Origin: a bacterium
GTDB lineage: Bacteria; Patescibacteriota; Minisyncoccia; Sungbacterales; GWA2-42-14
Assembly: GCA_030649305.1 (NCBI GenBank)
Contig: JAUSFV010000006.1
Location: 32-64,031, forward strand
Direction of reading: 5' to 3'
Length of the DNA: 64,000 nucleotides
Both the position numbers and the translations under genes were made by a program. A model generated the notes under the pieces. It did no database searches. It saw nothing but the letters and a program-made list of their open reading frames with translations, and was not told where the DNA came from. Shown here piece by piece: positions 28,734-37,373 of this stretch. The first letter of the stretch is position 1. Each line of letters starts with the position of its first letter.

Positions 28734-30317
28734 TTAATTTTTCTGAATTATTCTGTATTTTTTAAAAACCCAATACCCTATTATGCCATACAACGGCAGA
28801 AGCAAAATGCCGTAGGAAAGCGAAAACGAAACGGACGCAAGCGGGATATTCGCGAAAAATTTTATAGCCGAGAGTTCGTACTGAAGCAATGCCCAGCTAA
28901 CCCACGAAAAAACAAATGCGAGGGGTGAGAAAATAAAACCCGAAACGGCGGTTAAAAATCCGAACAACATAGTTGCGGGAATCATAATCAATACAGCAAG
29001 GTTGCTCAAGGGGCTTATGATAGAAATGCGCCCGAAATTATAGACCAACAAAGGTAAAACCAAAACTTGTGCTGAAATCGTTGCGGTAAAAATTTCGCGT
29101 ACAAACGATTTTTTCTGCTTTCGCAAAAATCCCCGCTCATCGCGCGGCACGCGAAAAAAATCATACGCACGATACTTCATCCGCTCCATATACCCGTCAA
29201 TAATCGGGGAAACATAAATCAAGCCGAGAGTCGCCAAAAACGACAACTGAAATGCGACATCAAAGCGCAAAATCTTCGGATTTTGAAAAATCATAACGGC
29301 TCCGGCAAACACCAGCGCGTTTCGCACATGATACAGCCGCCCTTCTTTTCGCGCAACGAGCACCAAAATACCCATAATTGCCGCCCGCACGATTGATGCC
29401 GACGCCCCCGTCAAAATGGTAAACGCAACAATCCCGAAGGTTGCGAGCACAAACGACCATGAAAATGGGAGTGAGAACCACGCGAGGAATTTCAAAAACG
29501 AATCCGCGACAATGGAAATGTTGTAACCCGAAAGTGCAATGATATGGGTTGTTCCCGTTTCCGCAAACTGGTCTAATAATTCCTGCGGCATGCTTTTTCG
29601 CTCGCCCAAAATTAAGCCCGCCATGAATGACGCGTGGGGTTCGGGTAAAAATCTGCCGAGATTTTCGGAAAATTTTGATTTAAGCAGAAATAATTTCTGA
29701 TATATTGGGTTCGCCCCGCCCTCGCCGACTTTTTCAACTTCGGGAAAACGCACGAGATAAAAAATATCGTCTTTTGCCAAATACGCGCGATAATCAAATT
29801 CGTCCGTAAAATTTTCCGGCTCTTCAATCGTTCCCGAAATTTTTAAAATATCGCCGTACTGAAATTCAGGGTACGGACGCATGATAAGAAGAATTTTTGC
29901 ATCATTATCCGACGCAACCACGACCTGCTGGCTTTTTGGTTTTCGTATTGGTTCATCAATAATCGACGCTTCAAACGAGATAGATTTACTAACAATATCG
30001 GGGGGCAAAATATGGGACACCGATGAAACCTGCGCGAAACGAAACATGCCCGCGACAAATACAAGCACCATCAACGAATAACAAATAGGTTTCAAAAAAA
30101 TAAATTCGCTTATTCGCACTGATTCGTTTTTCGCTGATGTAACGCCATATATGACCCCAACGCACCCCAATACAAAAAAAGCCCATATAACGATGGGGGC
30201 AAAAGTAACAAAGGAGGCAAACACAACGCCCACGACAAACGCGACGCATAACCAGAAAAAAATTTTTGATTTAGACGGCATGCGCTTATTTGTAACGGAA
30301 AAATTCTCATGAGTCAA
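28734..30317 (-). CDS. comEC: Competence protein ComEC/Rec2 (membrane channel domains; lacks the MBL domain)
   Basis: DUF4131-like N-terminus plus a Competence domain (…THIIALSGYNISIV…) and many TM helices. Confidence 0.75.
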   Translation of the reverse strand: MTHENFSVTNKRMPSKSKIFFWLCVAFVVGVVFASFVTFAPIVIWAFFVLGCVGVIYGVTSAKNESVRISEFIFLKPICYSLMVLVFVAGMFRFAQVSSVSHILPPDIVSKSISFEASIIDEPIRKPKSQQVVVASDNDAKILLIMRPYPEFQYGDILKISGTIEEPENFTDEFDYRAYLAKDDIFYLVRFPEVEKVGEGGANPIYQKLFLLKSKFSENLGRFLPEPHASFMAGLILGERKSMPQELLDQFAETGTTHIIALSGYNISIVADSFLKFLAWFSLPFSWSFVLATFGIVAFTILTGASASIVRAAIMGILVLVARKEGRLYHVRNALVFAGAVMIFQNPKILRFDVAFQLSFLATLGLIYVSPIIDGYMERMKYRAYDFFRVPRDERGFLRKQKKSFVREIFTATISAQVLVLPLLVYNFGRISIISPLSNLAVLIMIPATMLFGFLTAVSGFIFSPLAFVFSWVSWALLQYELSAIKFFANIPLASVSFSLSYGILLLPLYGIIGYWVFKKYRIIQKN

Positions 30318-30415
30318 ATTTGCCCTCCGTCATTCCTTATTCCAATATACCAGTATACTGGTATATTGGAATGTAACCCAAAAAGAAAAAACGGCCGAAG
30401 CCGTTCATGGATAAA

Positions 30416-30778
30416 TTATTTTTTCTTTCTGGTGGGGTAAACCAACATCGCATCTTCCCCGCACTCAAGATATAAGCACTCTTCACCGATATCTTCGCAG
30501 ATCAACGCGAGAAACTTTTGAAGTTTAGGAACTTTTGTCTTCCGTTCGTTTTCCTTAAACGCAACCCTGAATTCCCGCAACTCATCATATTCTGTCTGCT
30601 CTGAAGTAAAATAGCCATAAATATTTCCCGATGCGCACGTATAACCGTTAAAATTATCCAGCAAGAAATTATGAATCGTACGCGCGATATTCTGCCGTGT
30701 TTTTGAATACTTGCGGTTGTAAACTTTAATAGAGGGGAGGAGAAAAGTCGCTCTTTTCCCGAGGTCCTCAATTTTCAT
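30416..30778 (-). CDS. Hypothetical protein, 120 aa
   Basis: Start MKIEDLGKR with AAGGAG RBS. Confidence 0.4.
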   Translation of the reverse strand: MKIEDLGKRATFLLPSIKVYNRKYSKTRQNIARTIHNFLLDNFNGYTCASGNIYGYFTSEQTEYDELREFRVAFKENERKTKVPKLQKFLALICEDIGEECLYLECGEDAMLVYPTRKKK

Positions 30779-30937
30779 TATCAACTCCTTGTTATAAAAA
30801 ACTATATAATTCGTATCAAAAGTTTTACAAATTGTCAACCCCATTAGAAAATTTGCAAAAGGCTTTCCCACACGATAATGAATCTGTAAAACGCTATCTG
30901 AATACTATGGCGAATCACTGAAAATTTTCTAACGGGG

Positions 30938-31459
30938 CTAGTACTCCAATCCCCGCTTGCCCTTGATGCCTTTTTCGTACGGATGCTTTATGTCGCGCAT
31001 CTCGGTAACCAAATCCGCAATATCAATGAAATCTTGGGGGGCGTTGCGGCCGGTGAGAATAATAGTTGGTAGTTTGTAGTGAGTAGCTTGTAGCAACGCT
31101 AAAACTTTTTCTTTTAAGATTAAACCCAAATCAACGGCGTTATTGATTTCGTCTAAAATAACAATATCCCACGCGCCCGATTCAATTTCTTTTTTTGCAA
31201 GCGCCAACCCTTCTTCCGCGGCTTTTACATGTTCCTCGCGTGGAAGCGTATCGCCCATAATTCCTACAAATCCTTTTCCCGTTTTCAGCAACTTAAAATT
31301 CGGCGCAAGTAATTTTGCGGACTCGTCTTCGCCGGATTTCCATGGACCCTTGATGAATTGTATCATCAAAACGCGCTTGCCCTCGCCAACGGCGCGTATT
31401 GCTTGACCGAGTGCCGCAGTGGTTTTTCCTTTTCCGTTGCCCGTGAAAACGTAAATCAT
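30938..31459 (-). CDS. cobO: Cob(I)alamin/cob(I)yrinic acid a,c-diamide adenosyltransferase (CobA/CobO/BtuR family)
   Basis: MIYVFTGNGKGKTTAALG…IQFIKG…ILDEINNA…LTGRNAP…: family signature. Confidence 0.8.
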   Translation of the reverse strand: MIYVFTGNGKGKTTAALGQAIRAVGEGKRVLMIQFIKGPWKSGEDESAKLLAPNFKLLKTGKGFVGIMGDTLPREEHVKAAEEGLALAKKEIESGAWDIVILDEINNAVDLGLILKEKVLALLQATHYKLPTIILTGRNAPQDFIDIADLVTEMRDIKHPYEKGIKGKRGLEY

Positions 31460-31487
31460 TGACTTTTATCTAGATTTAAAGTATAAT
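31459..31487 (+). promoter_or_regulatory. Strong sigma70-like promoter TTGACT-N17-TATAAT driving ORFs 31525..32606
   Basis: Perfect -10 hexamer and a near-perfect -35 with 17-nt spacing; overlaps the divergent cobO start. Confidence 0.6.
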
Positions 31488-31524
31488 AAAAATAAGCGAA
31501 ATTGCCCTTTGAAAGGAAAATTAA

Positions 31525-31875
31525 ATGTCCATAATGATCTTCGATCCGAATACATTTGAAAAACTCATAGAGGTAGAAGGAGAACACTATAGGCGTTTTA
31601 GGAGTAAAAGATTGTTCGGCGATAATTCTTTTGACGCGCTCCTTGAGGAGTGGGGCAAACATGATTTGGATGACCCGAAATTTAAAAACGGCCCGACATT
31701 CAGCATGGGCACTATTTATGGCGATGGCGGCTGGCACAGATATATTGTGCGCAATAGCGGAGAAATACTGTTTCTTCGGTCAGCCGCAAGGGGCTGGCCC
31801 ACCTCGGAACACGAACTATGGATTAAGAAAGCGCGAATGGTTGGTTTTCGAATTTTTCCGGAAGATCTTCCGTAG
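31525..31875 (+). CDS. Hypothetical protein X1, 116 aa
   Basis: First gene of the promoter-to-terminator cassette; no recognisable family. Confidence 0.45.
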   Translation: MSIMIFDPNTFEKLIEVEGEHYRRFRSKRLFGDNSFDALLEEWGKHDLDDPKFKNGPTFSMGTIYGDGGWHRYIVRNSGEILFLRSAARGWPTSEHELWIKKARMVGFRIFPEDLP

Positions 31876-31893
31876 CCCAGAAGGAGGCATCAA

Positions 31894-32244
31894 ATGGAAA
31901 ACCCGTGCTGTATCGCGTTGTTTACTTTCGAACCGAAAAAGATCACGGACTTTCTTGATCTTTCAAAAAATCGGCTGCCGCTTTTCAAAACCACCGTTGT
32001 CAAAACCAGAAAAGATAGGGAGTTCGGACAGGGATATCACGTGACTATCTACACTACCGAACAAATGCTCCGTTTTCTTGCAGCTAGCGGAGCAGAGATG
32101 ACCCCATATTACAAAAGTGTCTGCCCCCGAGGGCACATACTTTATTCCAACGCGCAGATGAATGCATGCGAGTGCCCCAATGGCGTATACAGAGAAAAAA
32201 TCGCGGAGGAATACTTCTACAACTCCCGCACCGACACCGCGTGA
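31894..32244 (+). CDS. Hypothetical protein X2, 116 aa (C-terminal Cys/His cluster CPRGH…CEC)
   Basis: AGGAGG RBS; possible zinc-binding C-terminus. Confidence 0.5.
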   Translation: MENPCCIALFTFEPKKITDFLDLSKNRLPLFKTTVVKTRKDREFGQGYHVTIYTTEQMLRFLAASGAEMTPYYKSVCPRGHILYSNAQMNACECPNGVYREKIAEEYFYNSRTDTA

Positions 32245-32285
32245 CCCGCGCCCCCCATCGCATAATCTAAAAAAGGAGAAACACC

Positions 32286-32606
32286 GTGAAAGTATGGCTG
32301 GACGACAACCATACGGGACAGAGACCCACTCCGCCCGGATGGATGCATGCGCATAATTTTTCAGAGCTTGTAAAACTGCTGGACGAAAATCCGGAGCCGA
32401 TTGAGGTCATGAGCTTTGACAATGACCTTGGTGATTTTGATGAACACGGAAGGGAGCGAACCGGATACTGGATCATACAATGGCTCGCCGAGAACCGACT
32501 TGATCGGTACCCGAAAAAAGTCCTTGTTCACTCCAAGAATTGCGTGGACAAGCCGAATATCCTCGGCTTTGATCAAAACGTACGAAAGCATCTGCTTTCG
32601 GAATAA
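32286..32606 (+). CDS. Hypothetical protein X3, 106 aa
   Basis: GTG start with AGGAGA RBS; followed by two tandem intrinsic terminators. Confidence 0.45.
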   Translation: MKVWLDDNHTGQRPTPPGWMHAHNFSELVKLLDENPEPIEVMSFDNDLGDFDEHGRERTGYWIIQWLAENRLDRYPKKVLVHSKNCVDKPNILGFDQNVRKHLLSE

Positions 32607-32608
32607 AC

Positions 32609-32640
32609 ACTCCCCAGCCATCACGGCGGGGAGTTTTTTT
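32609..32640 (+). terminator. Intrinsic terminator 1 of the X1-X3 cassette
   Basis: CUCCCC(A)GCC-AUCAC-GGCGGGGAG followed by U7. Confidence 0.7.
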
Positions 32641-32656
32641 ATAACTCGCCGATAAA

Positions 32657-32690
32657 ATCGCTCCGACGTATACGCCGGAGCGATTTTTTT
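32657..32690 (+). terminator. Intrinsic terminator 2 (tandem)
   Basis: AUCGCUCCG…CGGAGCGAU followed by U7. Confidence 0.65.
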
Positions 32691-32751
32691 ACCTTAAGAA
32701 AACCTTTTTTATTCTCAAGATGCGACAGCTGCATTCCTCTGGCAAAGCGAT

Positions 32752-32872
32752 GTTCTCTTGCAGACCATCTTGAGGCCGAGCGGGCATGGTCTCCGACCGA
32801 AGTCGGAGGAGCGAGGCCGAAAGCTGAGTGAGTGCGCTTCGCTGGAACGCACGAGTGTGTCTGCGAGAGGAT
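32752..32872. ncRNA. Candidate structured RNA/REP-like element, copy A (~120 nt), immediately 3' of nrdJ
   Basis: Closing helix GUUCUCUUGCAGAC/GUCUGCGAGAGGAU; inner helices AGACCAU/AUGGUCU and CUCCGACC(G)AAGUCGGAG. Copy B at ~36119 has the same architecture with compensatory substitutions. Confidence 0.35.
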
Positions 32873-32891
32873 ATTGCCGAGCCATCACACA

Positions 32892-35321
32892 TTACGCTTC
32901 AACGGGCATCTTCTGTTCTGCCTCCTTTGGCGCCCCCTTCTCCACCTCGCCCCCCAAATCAATTTCGCACACCCCCGATACGCACGCCAATTCATGCGAC
33001 CCCGATGTTTCATCATCCTCCTCGTAGGTCACAATATTTGCAAAATCAATTTCAGGAAGTTTCCCGACAAGTTCCTCATACTGCTTCTCAGTAATTTCCT
33101 CATAGGGCGAAAGTTTATAGACATGGTCTGACCGCGGCAAAAACGATAATCCTCCCAGCATCTCCCAATTTTTATAGAGCCAGTTTGCCGTATCAATCCA
33201 TTCATCCTCCCCCACCGAAATCGTGACGGAGGGATTATGCTCCGTGAAATTTTCTTTCACCATCTTCCAATATTCCAGCTGCTCGCGAGATGACAAGTCA
33301 TTCCGAAACACCGCCCCACCCGGCGCTTTCACCGGAAATTCAAGAACGTAGGTCGTTGCGGAATTCTCAAGCTGCCCCACTTCCGCGTGATACGGAAACT
33401 TCTGGTCCTTCAACATATGAAACAGGGGGTCGGATGCCGAGATGCGGATACGGCGGATATAGTAGCGCGCATGGCGCGGATGCATGCCGGATGCCGCATC
33501 CACCAACTGCGACACCGTGCCCGACGGCTTCACGCACGTTACACAGGTTGACGCGTTAATTTCAAATCGTTTCGCGTATTCACGATTCACCTCAAGGGCG
33601 CGTGAGCGCATTTTTTGCAAAACCCCCGCGTTACGTACAACCGGAGCATCCCATTGCCCCGTGATAGAAACACCCAACAACCGTTCCTCTTCGCAATTTT
33701 GTTTCCATTCTTTTGAAATATATTTAAAATTCGTGAGGGTTGACTGATAGGTACCGAGGATTGTCGCAAGACGCACTTTTTTAAGAAGCGTTTCCTCCGT
33801 ATCATCCGCACGCGCAACCACCTCGGTCAGATTGCAAAATTGCTTTGATTTCAGGACGATTTCACCGCAGGGATTCGTGCCGGCACTCCCCGAGTCCTCC
33901 GCAAACACCTTCCAGCGCCTGTTTGGAAGCTGAGCCTTGAGTCCCCCGCGATTAAAAATCCCACGCTCGCCCGTACCGCTTTTGGCAAGCGCCAACCATT
34001 CAACAAGAAAGGTCTTCGCATCGGGCTTTTCATTATACACTGCAGAATTATTTGCCATAGCGCGCTGGGGGTCCGAAAGATAAAATTGTCCTGTTTTGGC
34101 GCGCCGCATTTCCTCATCATCCAAATCAGAAAGAGAAATTAAGGCACTCCTCCGCACACCCCCCATTACGACCACTTCGCCGATTTTGCAGATAATGTCA
34201 TGCACATCAATATTCGTCAAACGCTTGCCTTGTCGCGCCAAAATTTTCGCGCGTGAAAAATCAAGAAGCGCCCGTAGGGGGTCAGGCCCAGAACTCCGTC
34301 CACCCATCGTATGAAGCCGCGCGCCCGCGAGACGCAGAAGCGAATAATCAAACGCAATATCTTTTCCCGAATACCACGCATTCAAACCAAGGGTCAGCGC
34401 ATTCCCCCATCCTTCTTTGCTATCCTCAATCACGTGTACCGGAATTTTTTTCTTTCCCTTGGCCGAGCCATCAGGATTTAGGCCGTGTCCGTTTCCGTTT
34501 TGCCGCTTGATAATCGGAAGCTTCTGAACATTTTGCGACTCCACGGAAAAACCGACGCCCGTACCGCACATCAACAAATACATAATCTCGGCAAAGTCCT
34601 TTACCTTTGATGGCGCAATAAAAGAACAATTGTACGCGCACACGTTTGTTTTTCGCGCAGCAGACCCCGCACTCCACATAAGGCGCATGGAAGGCATCAC
34701 TTCCTGACGCAACACGGCTTGCCGCAATTCCTCATATTCTTCTTCTTTCAGCTTGTCCCCGAGATTCTCGCGCATAAAATCAAAATAGCGCCCGACGGTC
34801 TCAACCCAGGTCTCACGCCTTCCCTCTCCATCCATCCAGCGCGAATACGTACGATAATAAATAAATTCGCCAAGCGGATTTTTAAAATATTGTTTGCTTT
34901 CCCGCACAAACTCATTTACTTTTTCGGGAACAAGTTTTTGGCGTTCCCGGATTTCCCCGCGCTTGCTCCGATACAAAATATAGGCCTTCGCGGTTTTTGG
35001 GAAATCCATAAGGATAAGCGCCTCCTCCACCGCGTCCTGAATTTCTTCAATGGTCGGCGTATGCGTCGGAGGATAGGTTTTCACCAATTCCTGCACCACC
35101 TTCTCCGAAATGCGCGCGGGGTCCTGCGACAAATCGCCCTCGCCAACAGCATGCATGGCTCGATACGCCGCGTTCATGATACGGCCTTGGTCAAATGGCA
35201 CAATACGGCCGTCGCGTTTCTGCACGGATATAAACGGAACCACAACTTTTCCTGATTTTCCGACGACGTTTTTGTGTGCCATACGACTTTTACTTAAAAA
35301 CTCATCTGCTTCCGGTCCCAA
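32892..35321 (-). CDS. nrdJ: Ribonucleotide reductase, class II (adenosylcobalamin-dependent, NrdJ-like)
   Basis: Active-site NPCGEI motif, C-terminal Cys pair (…ACVSGVCEID…), ~800 aa single chain. The true start is probably at the internal Met (MAHKNVV, 35282). Confidence 0.7.
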   Translation of the reverse strand: MGPEADEFLSKSRMAHKNVVGKSGKVVVPFISVQKRDGRIVPFDQGRIMNAAYRAMHAVGEGDLSQDPARISEKVVQELVKTYPPTHTPTIEEIQDAVEEALILMDFPKTAKAYILYRSKRGEIRERQKLVPEKVNEFVRESKQYFKNPLGEFIYYRTYSRWMDGEGRRETWVETVGRYFDFMRENLGDKLKEEEYEELRQAVLRQEVMPSMRLMWSAGSAARKTNVCAYNCSFIAPSKVKDFAEIMYLLMCGTGVGFSVESQNVQKLPIIKRQNGNGHGLNPDGSAKGKKKIPVHVIEDSKEGWGNALTLGLNAWYSGKDIAFDYSLLRLAGARLHTMGGRSSGPDPLRALLDFSRAKILARQGKRLTNIDVHDIICKIGEVVVMGGVRRSALISLSDLDDEEMRRAKTGQFYLSDPQRAMANNSAVYNEKPDAKTFLVEWLALAKSGTGERGIFNRGGLKAQLPNRRWKVFAEDSGSAGTNPCGEIVLKSKQFCNLTEVVARADDTEETLLKKVRLATILGTYQSTLTNFKYISKEWKQNCEEERLLGVSITGQWDAPVVRNAGVLQKMRSRALEVNREYAKRFEINASTCVTCVKPSGTVSQLVDAASGMHPRHARYYIRRIRISASDPLFHMLKDQKFPYHAEVGQLENSATTYVLEFPVKAPGGAVFRNDLSSREQLEYWKMVKENFTEHNPSVTISVGEDEWIDTANWLYKNWEMLGGLSFLPRSDHVYKLSPYEEITEKQYEELVGKLPEIDFANIVTYEEDDETSGSHELACVSGVCEIDLGGEVEKGAPKEAEQKMPVEA

Positions 35322-35330
35322 AAGTACAAA

Positions 35331-35378
35331 ATTGCCACTTTGTGAAGATGACGGTTACCCGCCTCACAAAGTGGCAAT
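35331..35378 (-). promoter_or_regulatory. Leader hairpin plus U-tract (attenuator-like) in the nrdJ 5' region
   Basis: 15-bp perfect stem AUUGCCACUUUGUGA…UCACAAAGUGGCAAU with an 18-nt loop, followed on the minus strand by UUUUGUACUUUU. Confidence 0.45.
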
Positions 35379-35497
35379 ATATAGATTTGTGATCATGAAA
35401 GTGATCGCGTTTTTAAGTTGTTTAAGAGATTATATTTTTATCATACGCCTTCCGAAAAAGGATATCAAAATTTTTCTGTGGATAACTCCGAAAATTG

Positions 35498-35526
35498 TTG
35501 ACAAAAATTAACAAAAATGCTATATT
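35498..35526 (+). promoter_or_regulatory. Sigma70-like promoter TTGACA-N17-TATATT for the small secreted-protein gene
   Basis: Consensus -35 with 17-nt spacer; a 12-bp GC hairpin (35575-35603) sits between the promoter and the RBS. Confidence 0.5.
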
Positions 35527-35612
35527 AAAATCCATCAAAGTTCGTTGAGAGGGCTAAACGCCTATTGGCGTCGCCCGAACACGCCCGAGGGCGTGTTCGG
35601 GGGAGAATAAAA

Positions 35613-35840
35613 ATGAAAAAAATAGCATGCGTAACGCTCGCACTCGGAATCATGTTTGTTTCACGGGGTGTTTTCGCCGAAGAAAGGCCACCGATTCTTC
35701 AAAATCCAGAAAAAGACACCCCCACAATTGAAAGAACAGAACAAAAACCCGAGCAAACTATCATCAAAAGAGTGGCAATCAACGAAGACGGCACAATCAC
35801 AATCTATTACGAGGGCAGCGACAACGCTCCCTCACAATAA
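35613..35840 (+). CDS. Small secreted protein, 75 aa (signal peptide MKKIACVTLALGIMFVSRGVFA)
   Basis: GGGGGAG RBS and an N-terminal signal peptide. Confidence 0.45.
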   Translation: MKKIACVTLALGIMFVSRGVFAEERPPILQNPEKDTPTIERTEQKPEQTIIKRVAINEDGTITIYYEGSDNAPSQ

Positions 35841-35975
35841 CCAAAAACCCCGACGGACAACCGACGGGGGTTTTTATTTTTCTATTTCTATTGAAGTCGG
35901 ACTTCAATAGAAACTCCAACAAATCTCCCTCCTCCCCACAAAAATCGTTTTACGATACGCCCCTAGCATTTGGTA

Positions 35976-36006
35976 TATTCTTTTTGAGACCATGAGGCGG
36001 CAATGC
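35976..36006. repeat. Partial copy (5' ~30 nt) of the A/B element
   Basis: UUCUUUUUGAGACCAUGAGGCGGCAAUGC matches the copy-B 5' end; followed by a 44-bp perfect hairpin. Confidence 0.4.
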
Positions 36007-36022
36007 AACACGATGCTCTAAT

Positions 36023-36066
36023 AAAAATGTAGCTATATTTGCGATAGCAAATATAGCTACATTTTT
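36023..36066. terminator. 44-bp perfect hairpin (20-bp stem AAAAAUGUAGCUAUAUUUGC, loop GAUA) with A/U runs built in; bidirectional terminator-like
   Basis: Exact inverted repeat seen in the sequence. Confidence 0.55.
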
Positions 36067-36118
36067 CTAAAACAACCAAACAAAAAAGGCGTTTCTCTGA
36101 CGCCCTTCCAAATTCCGA

Positions 36119-36239
36119 TATGTTCTTTCGAGACCATGAGGAGGCAATCCAGCCCGGTCTCCGACCGCAGTCGGAGTGGATTACCGACGACTGAACGAAG
36201 TAGGGCGCCCGGCCGAGCGAGCGTGTCGAGAAAGAACAT
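36119..36239. ncRNA. Candidate structured RNA/REP-like element, copy B (~120 nt), immediately 3' of ftsZ
   Basis: Closing helix AUGUUCUUUC/GAAAGAACAU; inner GAGACC/GGUCUC and CUCCGACCGCAGUCGGAG. Homologous to copy A with compensatory changes. Confidence 0.35.
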
Positions 36240-36252
36240 GGCGAAATCTACA

Positions 36253-37359
36253 CTATTTCTTCCGACGGAGAAACGCCGGCACCGAATCCCACTCTGACTC
36301 TTCCTCCTGTGCGGGTTTCACCGCTCCATTCATGGGCTTCACCGGAGACGCTATGCCGTTCGTCGCGGGCTTGCGCAATTCGGGTGCCACCGCGCGCGCG
36401 CCATTCCCGTTAAATCCTGTTGCAATAACCGTAATTTTAATTTCGCCTTTTTTCAGGCGCTCATCATGCACCGCGCCGAAAATCAACTTCGCGTTCGTAT
36501 CAACAGATTCAGTAATAATTTTCGCGGCTTCATTAATCTCCCACATGGTCAAATCCGGACCGCCTGATACGTTAAAAAGCACTCCGCGGGCGCCGTTGAT
36601 GGAAATATCAAGCAGGGGCGAGCTGATTGCAGCCTGTGCCGCCTGCATATGCCGGTTCTCGCCCGACGCAATGCCAACCCCCATCAAAGCGCTTCCCGTA
36701 TCCTCCATCACCGCGCGCACATCCGCAAAATCAACATTCACCAACCCCGGCATCGTAATCAAATCTGAAATTCCGCGAACGGCATGTTGTAACACCTCAT
36801 CGCAAATTCTGAACGCAGCAAGAAGCGGCGTATTCCGCTCAATCATATTTAAAATCCGATCATTCGGAATCGTAATTAAAGCGTCCACCTTGTCTTTTAA
36901 TCTCGCCCAACCCTCCTCGGCAATTTTTCCTCTTTGATTTCCTTCAAAGGCAAAGGGCTTTGTCACAACCGCAACCGTTAAAGCACCCGATTCTTTCGCG
37001 GCCTCCGCGACAATGGGTGCCGCACCCGACCCTGTTCCTCCTCCAAGTCCGCATGTAATAAAAACCATGTCAGAGCCCTTCAGCGCCTCGTGAATTTCGT
37101 CGCGGTTTTCTTCCGCCGCCTGCCGCCCGATTTCGGCATTCATCCCCGCCCCCAACCCTTTCGTCAGATTTTTTCCAATGTGGATTTTGCTGGTCGCTTT
37201 ATTGTGATGCAATGCCTGCGCATCCGTATTAATCGCAATAAAATTCACGCCGTGAATTTTGGCGTCCATCATACGGGTGATGGCAGACCCACCGGATCCG
37301 CCCACGCCCACAACTTTTATTTTCGCGTAGGTTTCTATGTCGGGTTTTACTTGTGGCAT
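36253..37359 (-). CDS. ftsZ: Cell division GTPase FtsZ
   Basis: GGGTGSGAAPIVAEAA tubulin signature; NTDAQAL; start taken at MPQVKPD…. Confidence 0.9.
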   Translation of the reverse strand: MPQVKPDIETYAKIKVVGVGGSGGSAITRMMDAKIHGVNFIAINTDAQALHHNKATSKIHIGKNLTKGLGAGMNAEIGRQAAEENRDEIHEALKGSDMVFITCGLGGGTGSGAAPIVAEAAKESGALTVAVVTKPFAFEGNQRGKIAEEGWARLKDKVDALITIPNDRILNMIERNTPLLAAFRICDEVLQHAVRGISDLITMPGLVNVDFADVRAVMEDTGSALMGVGIASGENRHMQAAQAAISSPLLDISINGARGVLFNVSGGPDLTMWEINEAAKIITESVDTNAKLIFGAVHDERLKKGEIKITVIATGFNGNGARAVAPELRKPATNGIASPVKPMNGAVKPAQEEESEWDSVPAFLRRKK

Positions 37360-37373
37360 TTCCTTAAGCTCAT

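Noticed and set aside
32752-32872. Identity of the A/B elements as a known RNA (hammerhead ribozyme, SRP RNA, RNase P RNA, tmRNA, group II intron domain V)
   Set aside because: Checked by eye for CUGAUGA…GAAA, GGAA/AGCAG SRP loops, the GGAAAGUCCGG RNase P motif, tmRNA tRNA-like ends and the D5 AGC triad; none fit. They remain an unclassified family.
35331-35560. Cobalamin riboswitch upstream of class II nrdJ
   Set aside because: I looked for the B12-box and GGUGC/AGGGAA aptamer features on the minus strand and found only an AT-rich leader with one long hairpin. I cannot exclude it without a covariance-model scan.
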